NCBI RefSeq assembly: GCF_004010195.1
Contig: NC_057719.1
Coordinates: forward strand, 91,127,978 to 91,191,977
From: Chiloscyllium plagiosum
Taxonomy: Eukaryota
Length of the DNA: 64,000 nucleotides
Direction of reading: 5' to 3'
Each line of letters starts with the position of its first letter. Position 1 is the first letter of the stretch. Positions 1 to 12,786 of the stretch are shown piece by piece. The notes under the pieces are model-generated. The model was given only the letters and a program-made list of their open reading frames with translations. It made no database searches and was not told the origin of the DNA. The translations under genes were made by a program, and so were the position numbers.

Positions 1-385
1 GGCTGGGCAGCTTGCTGCGAACAATGATCTGTTTGATGTTTGGTGATTGTTTAAAGGCGAGAAGTGGAGACGTAGGAAAGGTCTTGGCAAGGTGCTCACC
101 CTCATCAATAATGTGTTACAGGCCACGAAGAGCATGGAGCAGTCTTTCAGCTCCCAGGAAGTACTGGACAATGAACGGTACCCTATCAGTTGCAGCCTGT
201 GTCTGTCTCCTAAGGAGGTCATTACGGTTTCTCGCTATGGCATGTTGGAACTGGCGGTTGATGAATTAAGCATCACACCCTGTTCTTATGAGGGCATGCT
301 TGAGCACTTTCAGCTGTCCGTCATGTTCCTCCTCATCCGAACAGATCCTGTGTATATTTAGGGCATATCCCCATAGAGAATAATA
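1..385 (-). mobile_element. Penelope-like element fragment (RT thumb/linker), truncated by window edge
   Basis: Minus strand IHRICSDEEEHDGQLKVLK...DRVPFIVQYF...PLLAFKQSPNIKQIIVRSKLP with two stops, typical of the PLE region between RT and GIY-YIG. Confidence 0.8.
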
Positions 386-576
386 ACTCTTAAAAAGGGA
401 TGTGAATTCCCCAGTGACCAAGGGAAGAGTTTGCACAACCAAATTTTGGGTTTTAAGAATTCTGCTTTAATAAACATATTAAAAACAACTAATACAGTCA
501 ACTAATATACCAAACTATACAAAAGGTTATTCTCCATTCATTGATCAATACAACTAAAAATACTCGATAATTAGAG

Positions 577-833
577 TGTTACAAGGGGACATAAATTTAC
601 GGTGAAGGGTGGAAGGTATAGGGGAGATGTCAGGGGTGGGTTCTTTACCCAGAGAGTGGTGGGGGCATGGAATGCGCTGCCTGTGGGAGTGGAATAGTCA
701 GAATCTTTGGTGACCTTTAAGCGGCAATTGGATAGGTACATGGATAGGTGCTTAAGCTAGGACAAATGTTCGGCACAACATCGTGGGCTGAAGGGCCTGT
801 TCTGTGCTGTATTATTCTATGTTCTATGTTCTA
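577..833 (+). mobile_element. CR1-type LINE 3' end
   Basis: FFTQRVVGAWNALP motif, 3' UTR and (TTCTATG)n tail. Confidence 0.85.
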
Positions 834-1017
834 ATTTATATGAACCATTGCATTAAACTTTTACATTATTATCTGAACCACTGGTGAGATTGCCCTAGGT
901 GACAACTGTTGGTTACATATCCAGCACAACCTGTCCACGATCAAAAACAGTAAAGCTCTAACAAATAGCATTGTTTACTCACACAGAAAAGCTAGATAGG
1001 AGCAAATTATTGCAGAT

Positions 1018-2707
1018 AGAGTCAGAGTCACAGAGATGTACAGCACGGAAACAGCCCTTTGGTCCAACCTGTCCATGCCGACCAGATATCCCAACCTAAT
1101 CTAGTCCCACCTGCCAGCACCCAGCCCACATCCTTCCAAACCCTTCCTATTCATATACCCATCCAAATGTCTTTTAAATGTTGCAATTGTACCAGCCTCC
1201 ACCACATCCTCTGGCAGCTCATTCCATACACGTACCACCCTCTGTGTGAAAAAGTTGCCCCTTTGGTCTCTTTTATATCTTTCCCCTCTCACACTAAACC
1301 CTCTAGTGCTGGACTGCCCGACCCCAGGGAAAAGACCTTGTCTATTTATCCTATCCATGTCCCTCATAATTTTGTAAACATCTATAAGGTCACCCCTCAG
1401 CCTCCGACACTCCATGGAAAACAGCCCCAGCCTGTTCAGCCTCTCCCTATAGCTCAAATCCTCCTACCCTGGCAACATCCTTGTAAATCTTTTCTGAACC
1501 TTTTCAAGTTTCACAACATCCTTCCGATAGGAAGGATACCAGAATTGCACGCAATATTCCAACAGTGGCCTAACCAATGTCCTACAGCTGCAACATGACC
1601 TCCCAACAGCTGCAACATGACCTCCCAACTCCTGCACTCAAGACCAAAAAAGGGAAGCATACAAAACGCCTTCTTCACTATCCTATTTACCTGTGACTCC
1701 ACTTTCAAGGAGCTATGAACCTGCACTCCAAGGTCTCTTTTCAGGAACACTCCTTAGGACCTTACCATTAAGTGTATAAGTCCTGCTAAGATTTGCTTTC
1801 ACAAAATGCAGCACCTCGCATTTATCTGAATTAAATTCCATCTGCCACTTCTCTGCCCATTGGCCCATCTGGTCAAGATCTTGTTGTAGTCTGAGGTAAC
1901 ACTCTTCGCTGTCCACTACACCTCCAATTTTGGTGTCATCTGCAAACTTACGAACTGTACCTCTTGTGCTCACATCCAAATTATTTACACAAAAGACAAA
2001 AAGTAGAGGACTCAGCACTGATCCTGTGGCACTCCACTGGTCACAGGCCTCCAGTCTGAAAAACAACCCTCCACCACCAACCTCTGTCTTCTACCTTTCA
2101 GCCAGTTCTGTATCCAAATGGCTAGTTCTCCCGGTACTCCATGAGATCTAACGTTGCCAACCAGTCTACCATGGGGAATGTGTCACTGAAGTCCATATAG
2201 ATCACATCTACTGCTCTGCCCTCATCAATCCTCTTTGTCACTTCTTCAAAAAACTCAAATCAAGTTTGAGACACATGATTTCCCACGCACAAAACCATGT
2301 TGACCAACCTTAATCAGTCCTTGCCTTTCCAAATACATCCTGGCCCTCAGGCTTCCCTCCAACAACTTGCCCATCACCGAGGTCAGGCTCACCAGTCTAC
2401 AGTTCCCTGGCTTGTCCTTACTGCCCTTCTTAAACAGTGGCACCACGTTAGCCAACCTCCAGTCTTCCGGCACCGCACCTGTGACTATCGATGATACGAA
2501 TATCTCAGCAAGAGGCCCAGCAATCACTTCTCTAGCTTCCCACAGAGTTCTCAGGTACACCTGATCAGGTCCTGGGGATTTATCCACCTTTAACCATTTC
2601 AAGACATCCAACACTTCCTCCTCTGTAATATGGACATTTTGCAAGATGTCACCATCTATTTCATTACTTTCTATATCTTCCATATCCTTTTCCACAGTAA
2701 ATAGTGA
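1018..2707 (-). mobile_element. CR1/HER1-like LINE ORF2 (RT and 3' end), decayed
   Basis: KSPGPD, WRLANVVPLFKKG, KFADDTKIGG and FFTQRVVRVWNELP motifs in the ORF track; short-repeat tail near 1018. Confidence 0.95.
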
Positions 2708-3507
2708 CAGAAAGAGGGAGAGAGAGACGACAGAGATAGGGAGGTGGAGATATGATGAGTTAGAGAAAGAGGTGGGACCAGAGGAGATTAAAGGAGCAGG
2801 TATCACCATCATAGCTAGTGCAGTAGCTACTAGACTGTTAACCATGGATCCTCTAAACCCAGTCAATCAGGGACAATGAGGCAATGAAGCAGGTTGCGAA
2901 TCTTTAGTCAATAACTGTGTTTTGTGGCATCTTTTTGAAGAAAAGATTGATGAGCATGAAGACTAGAGCTGTGGAATATCACTGCTGTGAAAGAGATTGG
3001 CAACTCAAAGGAGAGCAGCCTATCAATATGACAATACAGACCATGGAGGATAGGTCAGTACAATGTTTAAGTGTTAGAGATTGCTAGTTAGTTTACTAAA
3101 TAAACTTAAGGCACTGTATGCGCAGGACATATGAGAACAACGTACTAAGATATGGAACTCCGCAGCTTCTCCACTTGCATTCTTAGAATCAAACCCCTTG
3201 ATCCTAGGCACAGTCTAAATATTATCAAATCTGCCCTTGATCAGAATAGGCAGATGATCTTAGCTATAGTATTGCTCTGTTTGTAGTGTGATGCAGTAGT
3301 TTGTCTCTGTGTGGTTTATATAGGTCCATGCACCAGTTTCTAAATCACTGATAACCGTGGTAATGACGTCGGAGAGAATGCTCAGTATTACAATTTAATC
3401 AAATTATTCCAGAGGGAAAACCAACATGGCTTGGGTTATTAGATGGAACTAAAAAAGCAACAGCCAAACAAATTTATGATATATATAACCCTCTAATACT
3501 TATTGTG
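2708..3507 (+). pseudogene. Non-LINE insert inside a CR1 element; candidate Mononegavirales nucleoprotein-like EVE
   Basis: LINE sequence stops at 2707 and resumes at 3508. Broken + frames give LNKLKALYAQD...LGTV/LNIIKSALDQ...GLYRSMHQFL...YYNLIKLFQ/PTWLGLLDG...YNPLILIV, weakly like the N-protein C-lobe. Confidence 0.35.
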
Positions 3508-5270
3508 TATGATATCCCAGTCCCATGTTCCTAACCATGCCCTGAGTTCATCTGCCTTCCCTGTTAGGCCTCTTGCATTGAAATAAATGCAGTTTAATTC
3601 ATTAGTCCTACCTTGTTCTCTGCTTTGTCCCTGCCTGCCCGACTCACTTCTGTTCTCAATTGTATCAGTCTCAGACTGACCTCTTTCCTCACTATCTCCC
3701 TGGGTTCCACCCCCACCCCCCCACTTACTCCCGAGCAGCTCCAGCAAATTTCCCTGCCAGTGTATTAGTCCCCTTCCAACTTAGGTGCAATCTGTCCTTG
3801 TACAGGTCACTTCTACCCCAAGAGAGATTTGAATGATCCAAAAATGTGAATCCTTCTCCCATACACCAGTTCCTCAGCCATGCATTCATCTGCTCTATCC
3901 TCCAACTCCTGCCCTCACTAGCTCGTAGCACCGGCAGTAATCCAGATATTACTACCCTCTAGGATCTCCTTTTTAAATTCCTGCCTAACTCTCTCTAATC
4001 TCCCTTCAGACTCTCAACCATTACCCTTCCTATGTCATTGGTTCCAATGTGGACAATGACCTCTTGCTGGCCCCTCTCCACCGTGAGAACATTCTGCACC
4101 CTCTCTGAGACATCCTTGATCCTGGCATCAGGGAAGCAGCACACCATTCTGATTTTTTGCTGGTGGCCACAGAAACGTCTGCCTATACCTCGGACTAGAG
4201 AATCCCCTAACACAATTAATCTCTTGGAACCCGACGCACCCCTCATTGCATTAGAGCCAGTCTCAATACCAGAAACCTGGCTGTTCGTGCTACGTTCCCC
4301 TGAGAATCCATCCACTCCCCTCCCCTGCGCCCCCGCCCCTGCTCCACCCCCCCACGTTTTCCAAAATAGCATACTTGTTTGAAATGGGTATAGCCACAAA
4401 AGACTCCTGCACTGGGTGCCTACCTCTTACCTTTCCTGGAGTTAACCAATCTACGTGACTGTATCAGAGACTTTTCCCCCTTCCTATAACTACCATCCAT
4501 CACATGCTGTTGTTGTTGCAAATTCCTCGTTGCTTCTAACCGTCTCTCCAACCGATCCATTCGATTTGATAAGATTCGCAGACAGCAGCATTTATGGCGG
4601 ATATAATCCATTGTAATCCTTAAATTGTCTTTAAACTTCCACATTTGACAAGAAGCACATATGACTCTACTGAAGGCCATTTTTTCTTCTTCACAATCTA
4701 CAGACCCAGAAAATAACACCGTCTTATTCCTCTACAAACACTGCCCCAGGTTAAATGAATAGTTATGGCTTATATTTTAAGTTTAATCAAGAGACATATC
4801 TCCAAAAACATATAATCAAGAAAGAACCCACTCTACTCACTACTGCAGATTTTCTCTAGGTCACACTTAAAACAATAATACACTTACATCTGCTTCTGTG
4901 CTGTGAACTTCACCCAACAGTTCCTCCAAGATCAGTTGTGAATTTCACTGTTTGTTAATTTTCCAGACACACTCCGATGTCCAGCGATACATGAATTCAA
5001 ATAGCAAAGGTAGTGTCAGTTTCTTTCTCTCCTGCACTGACCTCACCACATGCTTCCTTTGTCTGTTCTTCTCCCTTTTAAAACTGCTGTTGTTTTGATT
5101 TTTTTCCCCCCAAAGTTCCAAAACAACGCAACAGCATATAAAACAGCAATTGCTGCTCCTGGAATTCAAAGAAATCACCTCCAGCACCTAAAATACCTCA
5201 AAAATGGAGCAGCTGTTACAGCCAGAAATTTTTCTCGTCCTCCATCTTGGATTACCCAGAATCCTTTTTG
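3508..5270 (-). mobile_element. CR1 LINE 5' part: 5' UTR, ORF1 (Zn finger and SGNH esterase-like) and start of endonuclease
   Basis: CASCQMW, IVLGDSLVRG, IVHIGTND, DRLHL and CIYFNARGL...GTWDWDI motifs. Confidence 0.9.
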
Positions 5271-5914
5271 CTGGAACCTGAACTGAAAACAAAAAATGCT
5301 GGAGATCATCGCAGCTCAGTGAGTATCCATGGAGAGAAAGTATGCTAATGAATAGAGTCAGATGACTCATCAGCTGGATGCTTGATTTGCTCAGAATAGC
5401 TTTGATACACAATTGTATCAACACTGAAAATGGAAAATAGGCCATGTATCATTAACCTTGTTTGGTATTTTGGTATCAAAATGGTACAAGATGATCATAA
5501 ATCATACATAAGGCAACGCATTAAGGCTGAGTTTGGGTAGATTTTTGGGTAAGGAAATCAAATAGGCAGGAAAGTGAAATTAATGCACACATTCAGTTAT
5601 GTTACTGAACACCAAAGCAAATTCAAAAGGCTGTTTGGCCTATGCCAGTCACTGTTTCTTCTGTTCTGAAGAAAGGCTGTCCAAAGAATAATCATGTTTG
5701 TTCCATTTACAGATGCTGACCAACCTGTTTCATGGTTTTAGTAGTGTCTTATGCAGTATTTAATACTAAACTTTTAAAATATATTTACTCTAAATTGCAA
5801 TGCCTATTACACTGCAAGTAATAAAGGGATTTGAGACATCTAGATCTTGTGAAAGATGCTATTCAAATGCAGGTCATTACCTCCTCCCTCTTTTTACTCC
5901 CTCCCTTCATTGTA

Positions 5915-6530
5915 CAGTCTTACACTATACATCCTTCTCCAGGTGAAAGAATAGGAATAGAGCCGATTTCAAGAAAGCTGCCAAAATGATCCATGGCTGG
6001 GAACCATGATGTCAATTTATTGTTGAGTCCTCAAATATTCTTGCTTTGTGTGGCTCTCACTAGGATGCCTCTCATAGTTCAGCTCACAACCATTAAATTA
6101 AAAGCTTATTTGGCCTTAAATCTTCCATCAATGCTCCCATTGTTTGAGATTGTTCAATCACTGGAAAAAGTCTTTATTTAACCAATCCCACTCTTCTTTA
6201 GCTTTAAATATCTCCATCAAATCAACATCCCCATCTATATTAATATAAATACCCCTGATTTTCCAAGTCTTTTTTTTCTTATTCACATCTATGGGGTCCT
6301 TGAAGTCAACAAGTGTCTTATTAATGCAAATTCTTTCTTTCAAAATCCATGGTTGGTGGACAGTCAGCATTATGTAAAAAAATATCTCATCCATTTGATC
6401 TTTTGATTGCTAGCTTGTCTGCATTGCTATAACCACCTTCAGTTAATTCTTACCTTAATATCTAAATCTTTCCAAGCAGCATTTATATAACCTACAGCAC
6501 TGATGCATTCCAGCTTGCAAGTATGTTTTT
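5915..6530 (-). pseudogene. Candidate paramyxovirus-like matrix (M) protein EVE
   Basis: Collinear AAWKDLDIKVR, DEIFFY, HQPW, KIRGIYINI and VRATQSK...TSWFPAMD resemble morbillivirus M motifs (AATELDIVVRR, EKLVFY, LTPW, RFRVVYMSI, IRSTGKMSK...TLCYPLMD). Contains stops and frameshifts. Confidence 0.6.
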
Positions 6531-7579
6531 GATGCATTTAATATAAACAAATCTTCTCAGAATATAGCATTCTTTGAAAGTTGATAAACAAATGAATTAA
6601 CCTATTGATTTCTGATATTTTTGAATGGTGTCTCACTTAATTTTTTTTTGCCTAGAGAACCAGGGGCATTACACATCACAACAGATTAATAATGTTGAAC
6701 AGTGGGTTGTTTCCATGATACAAGGCAAGTATTATTGTACCAAGGTACATGGAACTTACAAGACATACCTTCACGACATTTCCAAAAATCTTCACGATAA
6801 CCTAACATAGCCATCTAGACAGCAGTACAAAGACAGATTTTATTTATAGTAGACATGAAATAAAATGCATGGGGTTGGAGCAGATACAAAATACAATATT
6901 TAAATTTCTTGTATAAGTGAGTGTCTTAGTTAATCTCAAATTAAGGTGTCATTAGGAACTCAAAATTCTTTTTACAAAAAGGGTCAGTTTGTTATTCTAC
7001 AGTTTACATTATGTTTTCCTCCCATGTCTAAAAATTAGGACTGTATAGAGTCTACATTCCTTTGTTAGAACACATAGCTAAATTTACTTTTTTGACCATA
7101 TCTCACGTTTACAAAAAGATATATATGAACTTTTAATACGATGAGAGATATTAAGCATACCTTTGTCATTGTGGTCCTGATTGGCTTATTACAATAAGAA
7201 TTACCTTTCAACAGGCTCTGTTGAATAAGTGAGAAGCATCAACTCCATACTAGTAACAATCTCACATATAACCTTAAAGATTTTTTCAATTCTGATAAAA
7301 GTCAATGATATATTTACCACTTCTCATTAAAAGTTGCAAAGTTCTTCCCAAAAAGATAATGTTCCTAAATGCAAATACTTCTCAACAAATTCCCAGATAT
7401 TAACACAATAAAAGCAATTGCATTTGTACGTCACTAACTCTAGGGTTAGTACAAAAGTCTAACAGGTGCATTTCTAAACAAATCAAATATTTATTCCTGA
7501 TACAACACAGGAACATTTTAAATTAAAAGTCCTCTACTGTAGTAGAAAATACTGTAAACAAGATAATCTGTTGGTTCAC

Positions 7580-7825
7580 CTGTTGGAGCTGAGCTTTGGT
7601 GATGCGAATGATAGAAGGCAGCTTGGTGTGGCCTGGAATGAAGGGTAGCTGCCTGCGACCAGGGGAGCGTGAATAACTGCTCTCAGCTGACTGGCTCCTG
7701 TGCAAATCTGACTGCTTCCTGAGAAGAGGATCCGAATCAGAGGATAGGAATACTACAGGACTGAGGGATCGGAGGGGACTCTGCATCCTTGGAGTGTTGG
7801 GATGTGGCAAATGAGTTGTGTTCAG
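7580..7825 (-). CDS. TTBK2: TTBK2 symmetric (0-0) 246-nt exon, probable cassette exon
   Basis: LNTTHLPHPNTPRMQSPLRSLSP...LHRSQSAESSYSRSPGRRQLPFIPGHTKLPSIIRITKAQLQQ. Acceptor ttctcacag, donor CAG|gtgaac. Phase fits the previous exon; resembles the RSxSAESS...PSVLRISRSQLQQ segment recalled from TTBK-family isoforms. Confidence 0.82.
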
Positions 7826-8309
7826 CTGTGAGAACATATGGATGGGAATATTGGTGAATTTAAGATTATGGTTGTTTTCTACGCACATGAAAAAAATAAA
7901 GCAGGCAAACTACAGGAACACTCATACACTTCAAAACTACTTTAACATATAAGTTCAAGCAGAATTCAATCTAGAATGATATCAGTGTTCATAACGAAAA
8001 GCTAGATTGGTAAAAACAAATTTTCATTCAAACATATAGCTAACATGCATTGAATTGCAACTCAAAAAACAGATAATGCAGCCTTTTGTTTTTAGCAGAC
8101 TGACAATGAATGGATGGATGGAGAAAGGCTCTATAATGAACCAGAAAGTGTTCAAGACAACATTGAAACCACACTTCATTTTCATTTCCAAACTTGTAAG
8201 TCACTTAGTTCTTTTCTTTTTTCCCCACTGGGGTAGTTTTGCAGATACGAGCAGCTCAGTCAGCTGCCCCCCCCGGTGGCCATTCTTTACATGCAAGCCT
8301 AGATTTAGA

Positions 8310-8432
8310 AGTTGAAGGCTCTTATGGCGCAGCAGTAATGTCACTACCTCTGAGCTAGGATGCCGGAATTCAAAGTCCCACCTACACCAGGGGTGTGTCA
8401 TAGTATCCTTGGACAGGGTGATTAGAAAATAT
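8310..8432 (+). mobile_element. Short tRNA-derived SINE-like repeat (related copies near 20690-20783, 23390-23495 minus, 31385-31490)
   Basis: Box A/B-like head followed by the shared ...gtgtgtcataacatctctgaacaggttgattagaaaatatc-like tail in several copies. Confidence 0.55.
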
Positions 8433-8809
8433 CTCAATTTAGGTGAGATTTTAATCAAGGCAAAACCCTTGCATTGCACAAAATTACATACTGCATCTTG
8501 ACTGCTGAAAGGAATATGACCATATGGTGTTTGAACACTGAAGTCTGCTAAACATTCACAGATGTGAACATAACAAGTGTCACAGAATGAGGATCATGAA
8601 CAAGAATCCCTGTTCATACATAATTAGACAGTTTCCACATACTAAAATCTGCCCTGACTGACATTGGCTGCTACAGCAGATTGTTGGCCTGTATATTTCA
8701 GCATTCAACAGCATGGAGCTTTCATTGCTAAAACCTTTCTGGGAACAGTAACAGCTGCATTGTATTCAGCAGTATGGTATCATTTCAGAACTCAACCCCA
8801 GGACAGCAC

Positions 8810-9830
8810 AATTAGAGAGGGAGAAGGTTCTGAATGGTCTGGCAGGCTTAAAAATGGATGAATCTCCAGGGCCAGATGAAATGTATCCCAGGTTATTAAG
8901 TGAGACAAGGACAGAAATAGCAGGGTGCTTGCAAAAATGTCCAATTCCTCTAGCCGTTGGAGATTTGCTGGACTGGAGGACTACCAACGTAGTATAGTTA
9001 TTCAAGAGGGAAGAAAGAGATAAACCAGGAAACTACAGTCTAACCTCAGTGGTGGAGAGGTGTTGGAAGCAATTCTGAGGGACAGAACTGATTTGCATTT
9101 GGAGAGATAGGGATTAATCAAGAACAGTCAGCATGGTTTTGTTAAGGGAACATCATTTCACACCAACTTGACTTAATTTTTTGAAGAGGTGACCAGTGGT
9201 TATAGATGAGGCTAATGGTTTTGAGATAGTCAACTTGGACTTCAGAAAGTTGATAAGCATCCACATTTAAGATATACTTGCATTGGAGCAAGTACAGTGA
9301 AGGTTCACTAAATTAGATCTTGGGATGAGGGGTTGTCCTATGATGAAAAGCTCAGTAAACAACATCTATATTCTCTGGGGTTTAGGAGAAAGAGGGGCGA
9401 CCTCAATGAAAGGTTCAAGATTCTGAAGAGTCTCGCTATCATCGGCAGTTTCCACAGATTAGAATAGGTGGCGGATTTTTATCTGCACGGATATAATAGG
9501 CCAAAGGGCCATTTTCTGTGCTGCAGATCTTTCTGACTCTACGACACTGGCCAAGGAATTTAAAACATGGAGGCACAGACTTAAGATAACGAGCAAGCTT
9601 TCAGGACTGAGAAGAGGAGAAATTATTTCACTCAAAGAGCTGTGAATCTTTGGAACCCAGAGTATTATGCAGTCCCCATCGTTGAACATATTTGAGGCTG
9701 GGGTAGACAAGATTTTGGTTTGTCAGGGAATCAAGCATGGAAAGTAGGTAGGGAAGTGGAGCTCAAATCCTAGGTCAGCCATAAGTGTACTCAATAAAGA
9801 AGTAGGCTGAAGGGTTGCATTATGTATGAT
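8810..9830 (+). mobile_element. Old CR1 LINE ORF2 remnant with internal deletions
   Basis: SPGPDEMYPRLL and SQHGFVKG-like motifs plus CR1 3' region. Confidence 0.75.
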
Positions 9831-11083
9831 TTAGGAGAATGAATGCTCCCTTGCCACTCATCTTGCACGATCACCTTTAATATTTTATATATATGCTCCC
9901 TCGGATATCACGTCTCTGCAACCATTTTAAAATTGCAGCATTTAGTTAGAATATAGTCTTATTTTCTTACCAAAATATATAATTTTACACTTCAGTTTTT
10001 GTATTCTTTCAAAGGATGTTGGCATTGCTGGCTGTGCCTGCACTTAGTGCCAATACTCAATGGTCTTCAAGGTGAGCTGCTGCAGATCATATGGGGTAGT
10101 TAGACTCTCAATGCTGGGAAAGGACAGTGTCCCAGAATTTTGAATGAGCAACAGTGAAATTAGGATGACGTGCAATTTGGAAGAGGTGCTTCCTTGCATC
10201 TGTTGCCCTTGCCCTGTGAGGTGGTACAGATCACAGGTTTGGTAAGTGCTGTTGAAGGAATCTTGGTGACTTACTGCAATGCATCTTGTAGATTGTACGT
10301 ACTGCTGTCACAGTCAGTGGCAAACAGAGTAAATCCTAAAGATGAGAGAGGTACCAATCAAACTGCCTGCTTTGTCCTGAATAGTATTGACCTTAAAGCT
10401 ATAGCCAACCAGAAAAATGGGCAGTATCCCATCACACACCTGACTTGTTTTCCTTTCTATAAACTTGATGTATCCAAATATCTGGTGTTCGTATCTTGAA
10501 CTACCCTAGGTCCCAGTTACCCATCACACTTATCATTTTAACCTTCTGTTTAAACAATAAATTATATAAAATTTTCACTCTCCATTTCAAATCCCTTCAA
10601 AGACTGCCATCTCTGCGACCTCCTCACAGATTAACAGCACACGTCAAATTTTAGCCTCCTGAGCATTCGTAATTTGCATCTCTCTGTCACTTCTACTGCT
10701 AAGGTCTAAACTTTGGAAATTCCCTTCCTCAGCCTCTTCATTCCTTTTCCTTCAAATACTCCTTAAAACCTACTTCTATGACCAAGCTTTTGGGTTATCT
10801 GTCCAAATATCTATGTGTCAAGTTGTGCTGTACAGCACTCCAAGGTGATCCTTGGGATTTCAATATTATCATGTAAGCAACATAAATACAAGTTGTTGTT
10901 AGGATTTCTTGTTTGCAACAGTTTCTTGTCATCTGGAAATTTAGAAATTATAACCTGCATAGCCAAGTCTTGGCCATTAATATACACTGACATTCCCAAC
11001 AATGATCCCTGGGGAACACTAGTGGACTTTTGCGGCTAATTTGCAGAAGCTGTTCACTGCTACTGTCTGCTTTCTGCCTTTCC

Positions 11084-11882
11084 AGAGAAGATAAAAGAAA
11101 ACAGCAAGCAATTCCTGATCCTTAGTCAACACGCCTATACGTCTACGACTGAGCAATAAGATCCAGTTCAATGGTCTAATAGACCATCAATAATCATCAT
11201 GTTCATAAAGGACTTGAGAAGAACATGTGAATTAAAGCTGCTTCGGTTGCCTCAGCTCATGCTACAAGTCTCAACAGAACAGCGTTAAGGTGAGAACATC
11301 TAGCGAGAAGAAATATAACTTCTGTGTGCACATGGACAACAAATTCATTGGGTTGTAGTTCAGACTTAAACAAATGGTTACTGGATGAGTACTGTACCCT
11401 CTATATCCAAGTTTGCAGTATCATATTGTATTTATTGTAAAAAATATAACTTAGAATTATTAAACTTTCACTTACATCCAAACAAGGTACAGATTGAGAA
11501 AAATGCCAATTGTTTTTGCAACACAGGATTAGGTCAAACCTAATTCAGAGTGTATTAAAGGTTTCTGTCTACTTATGCATGTAGCATAGACACATTTCAA
11601 AGAATAAGAATCTAAAAGAAGCCTGCTAAAAGGAGGTCAAGCCTATAGGAATAGATAATCCAGCCTAATTTGATATTTTCCCTCCTCTATATGGATTCTA
11701 CTTCAAAGTAAATTGATCTAACATCATAAATTTGTGTTCAAAAGAAGAGTCATATCAGACTTGAAACATTAACTTTGTTTCTTCTGCACAGATGCTTGCA
11801 GACCTGCTGAGTTAGCTTATTCCTTGAGTAAGAGATGGTGCAATTATCTACATGGAGTCCTGAGGAGAGTACAGAATTCACG
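11084..11882 (+). pseudogene. Candidate Mononegavirales L protein EVE (PRNTase/capping domain), 5' part
   Basis: Ordered motifs EDKRKQQAI, VQW, NITSVCTWTTNSLG (11312-11353), LYIQ, HLH (11469-11477), DNPA*FD (from 11654) and VQLSTWSPEE (about 11850) follow the order seen in filovirus/paramyxovirus L. Interrupted by a short PLE-derived repeat at about 11740-11815. Confidence 0.62.
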
Positions 11883-12411
11883 AGTTTTGGGACTATTTGC
11901 AGCTCAGGTTGAACTTCTGCATGTAGGTTTGCTCGCTGCTTTCAGATGCTTCGTCACCATATTAGGTAACATCAGTGAGCCTCCGGTGAAGCACTGGTGG
12001 TATGGCCTGCTTTTCATCTGTGTTTAGGTTTCCTTGGGTTGGTGATGTCATTTCCTGTTCTTTTTCTCAGGGGGTGGTAAGTGAAGTCTAAGTCGATGTG
12101 TTTGTTGATAGAGTTCCAGTTGGAATGCCACGCTTCTAGGAATTCACGTCTTGTCCTAGGATGGATGTGTTGTCCCAGTCGAAGTGATGTCCTTCTTCGT
12201 CTGAATGTAAAAATACTAGTGAGAGTGGGTCATATCTTTTTGTGGCTAGTTGATGTTTGTGTGTCCTGGTGGCTAGTTTTCTGCATGTTTGTCCAATGTA
12301 GTGTTTGTTACAGTTCTTAGAAGGTATTTTGTAAATTACATTAGTTTTGCTTGTTGTCTGTCTAGGGTCTTTCAAGTCTATTGGCTGCTGTTTTAGTGTG
12401 TTGGTGGGTTT

Positions 12412-12707
12412 TAGATTAGATTCCCTACAATGTGGAAACAGGCCCTTCGGCCCAACCAGTCCACACCGCCCCTCCGAAGAGTAGCCCACCCAGACCCATT
12501 TCCCTCTGACTAATGCACCTAACACTATGGGCAATTTAGCATGGGCAATTCACCTGACCTGCACATTTTTGGACTGTGGGAGGAAACCGACACAGACACA
12601 GGGAGAATGTGCAAACTCCACACAGACAGTTGCCCGAGGCTGGAATTGAACCTGGGACCCTGGTGCTGTGAGGCTGCAGTGCTAACCACTGAGCCACCAT
12701 GCCGTCC
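12412..12707 (-). mobile_element. HE1-type SINE inserted in the Penelope ORF
   Basis: tRNA-like head, LINE-like tail and (TCTAA)n end; splits the PLE HKPT/NTLKQ motif; gtggg present on both sides. Confidence 0.92.
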
Positions 12708-12786
12708 GTGGGAAGTTTGTGGGCTACCATGATGCCAAGAGGTCTGAGTAGTCTGGCAGTCATTTCTGAGATGTCTTTGATGACGT

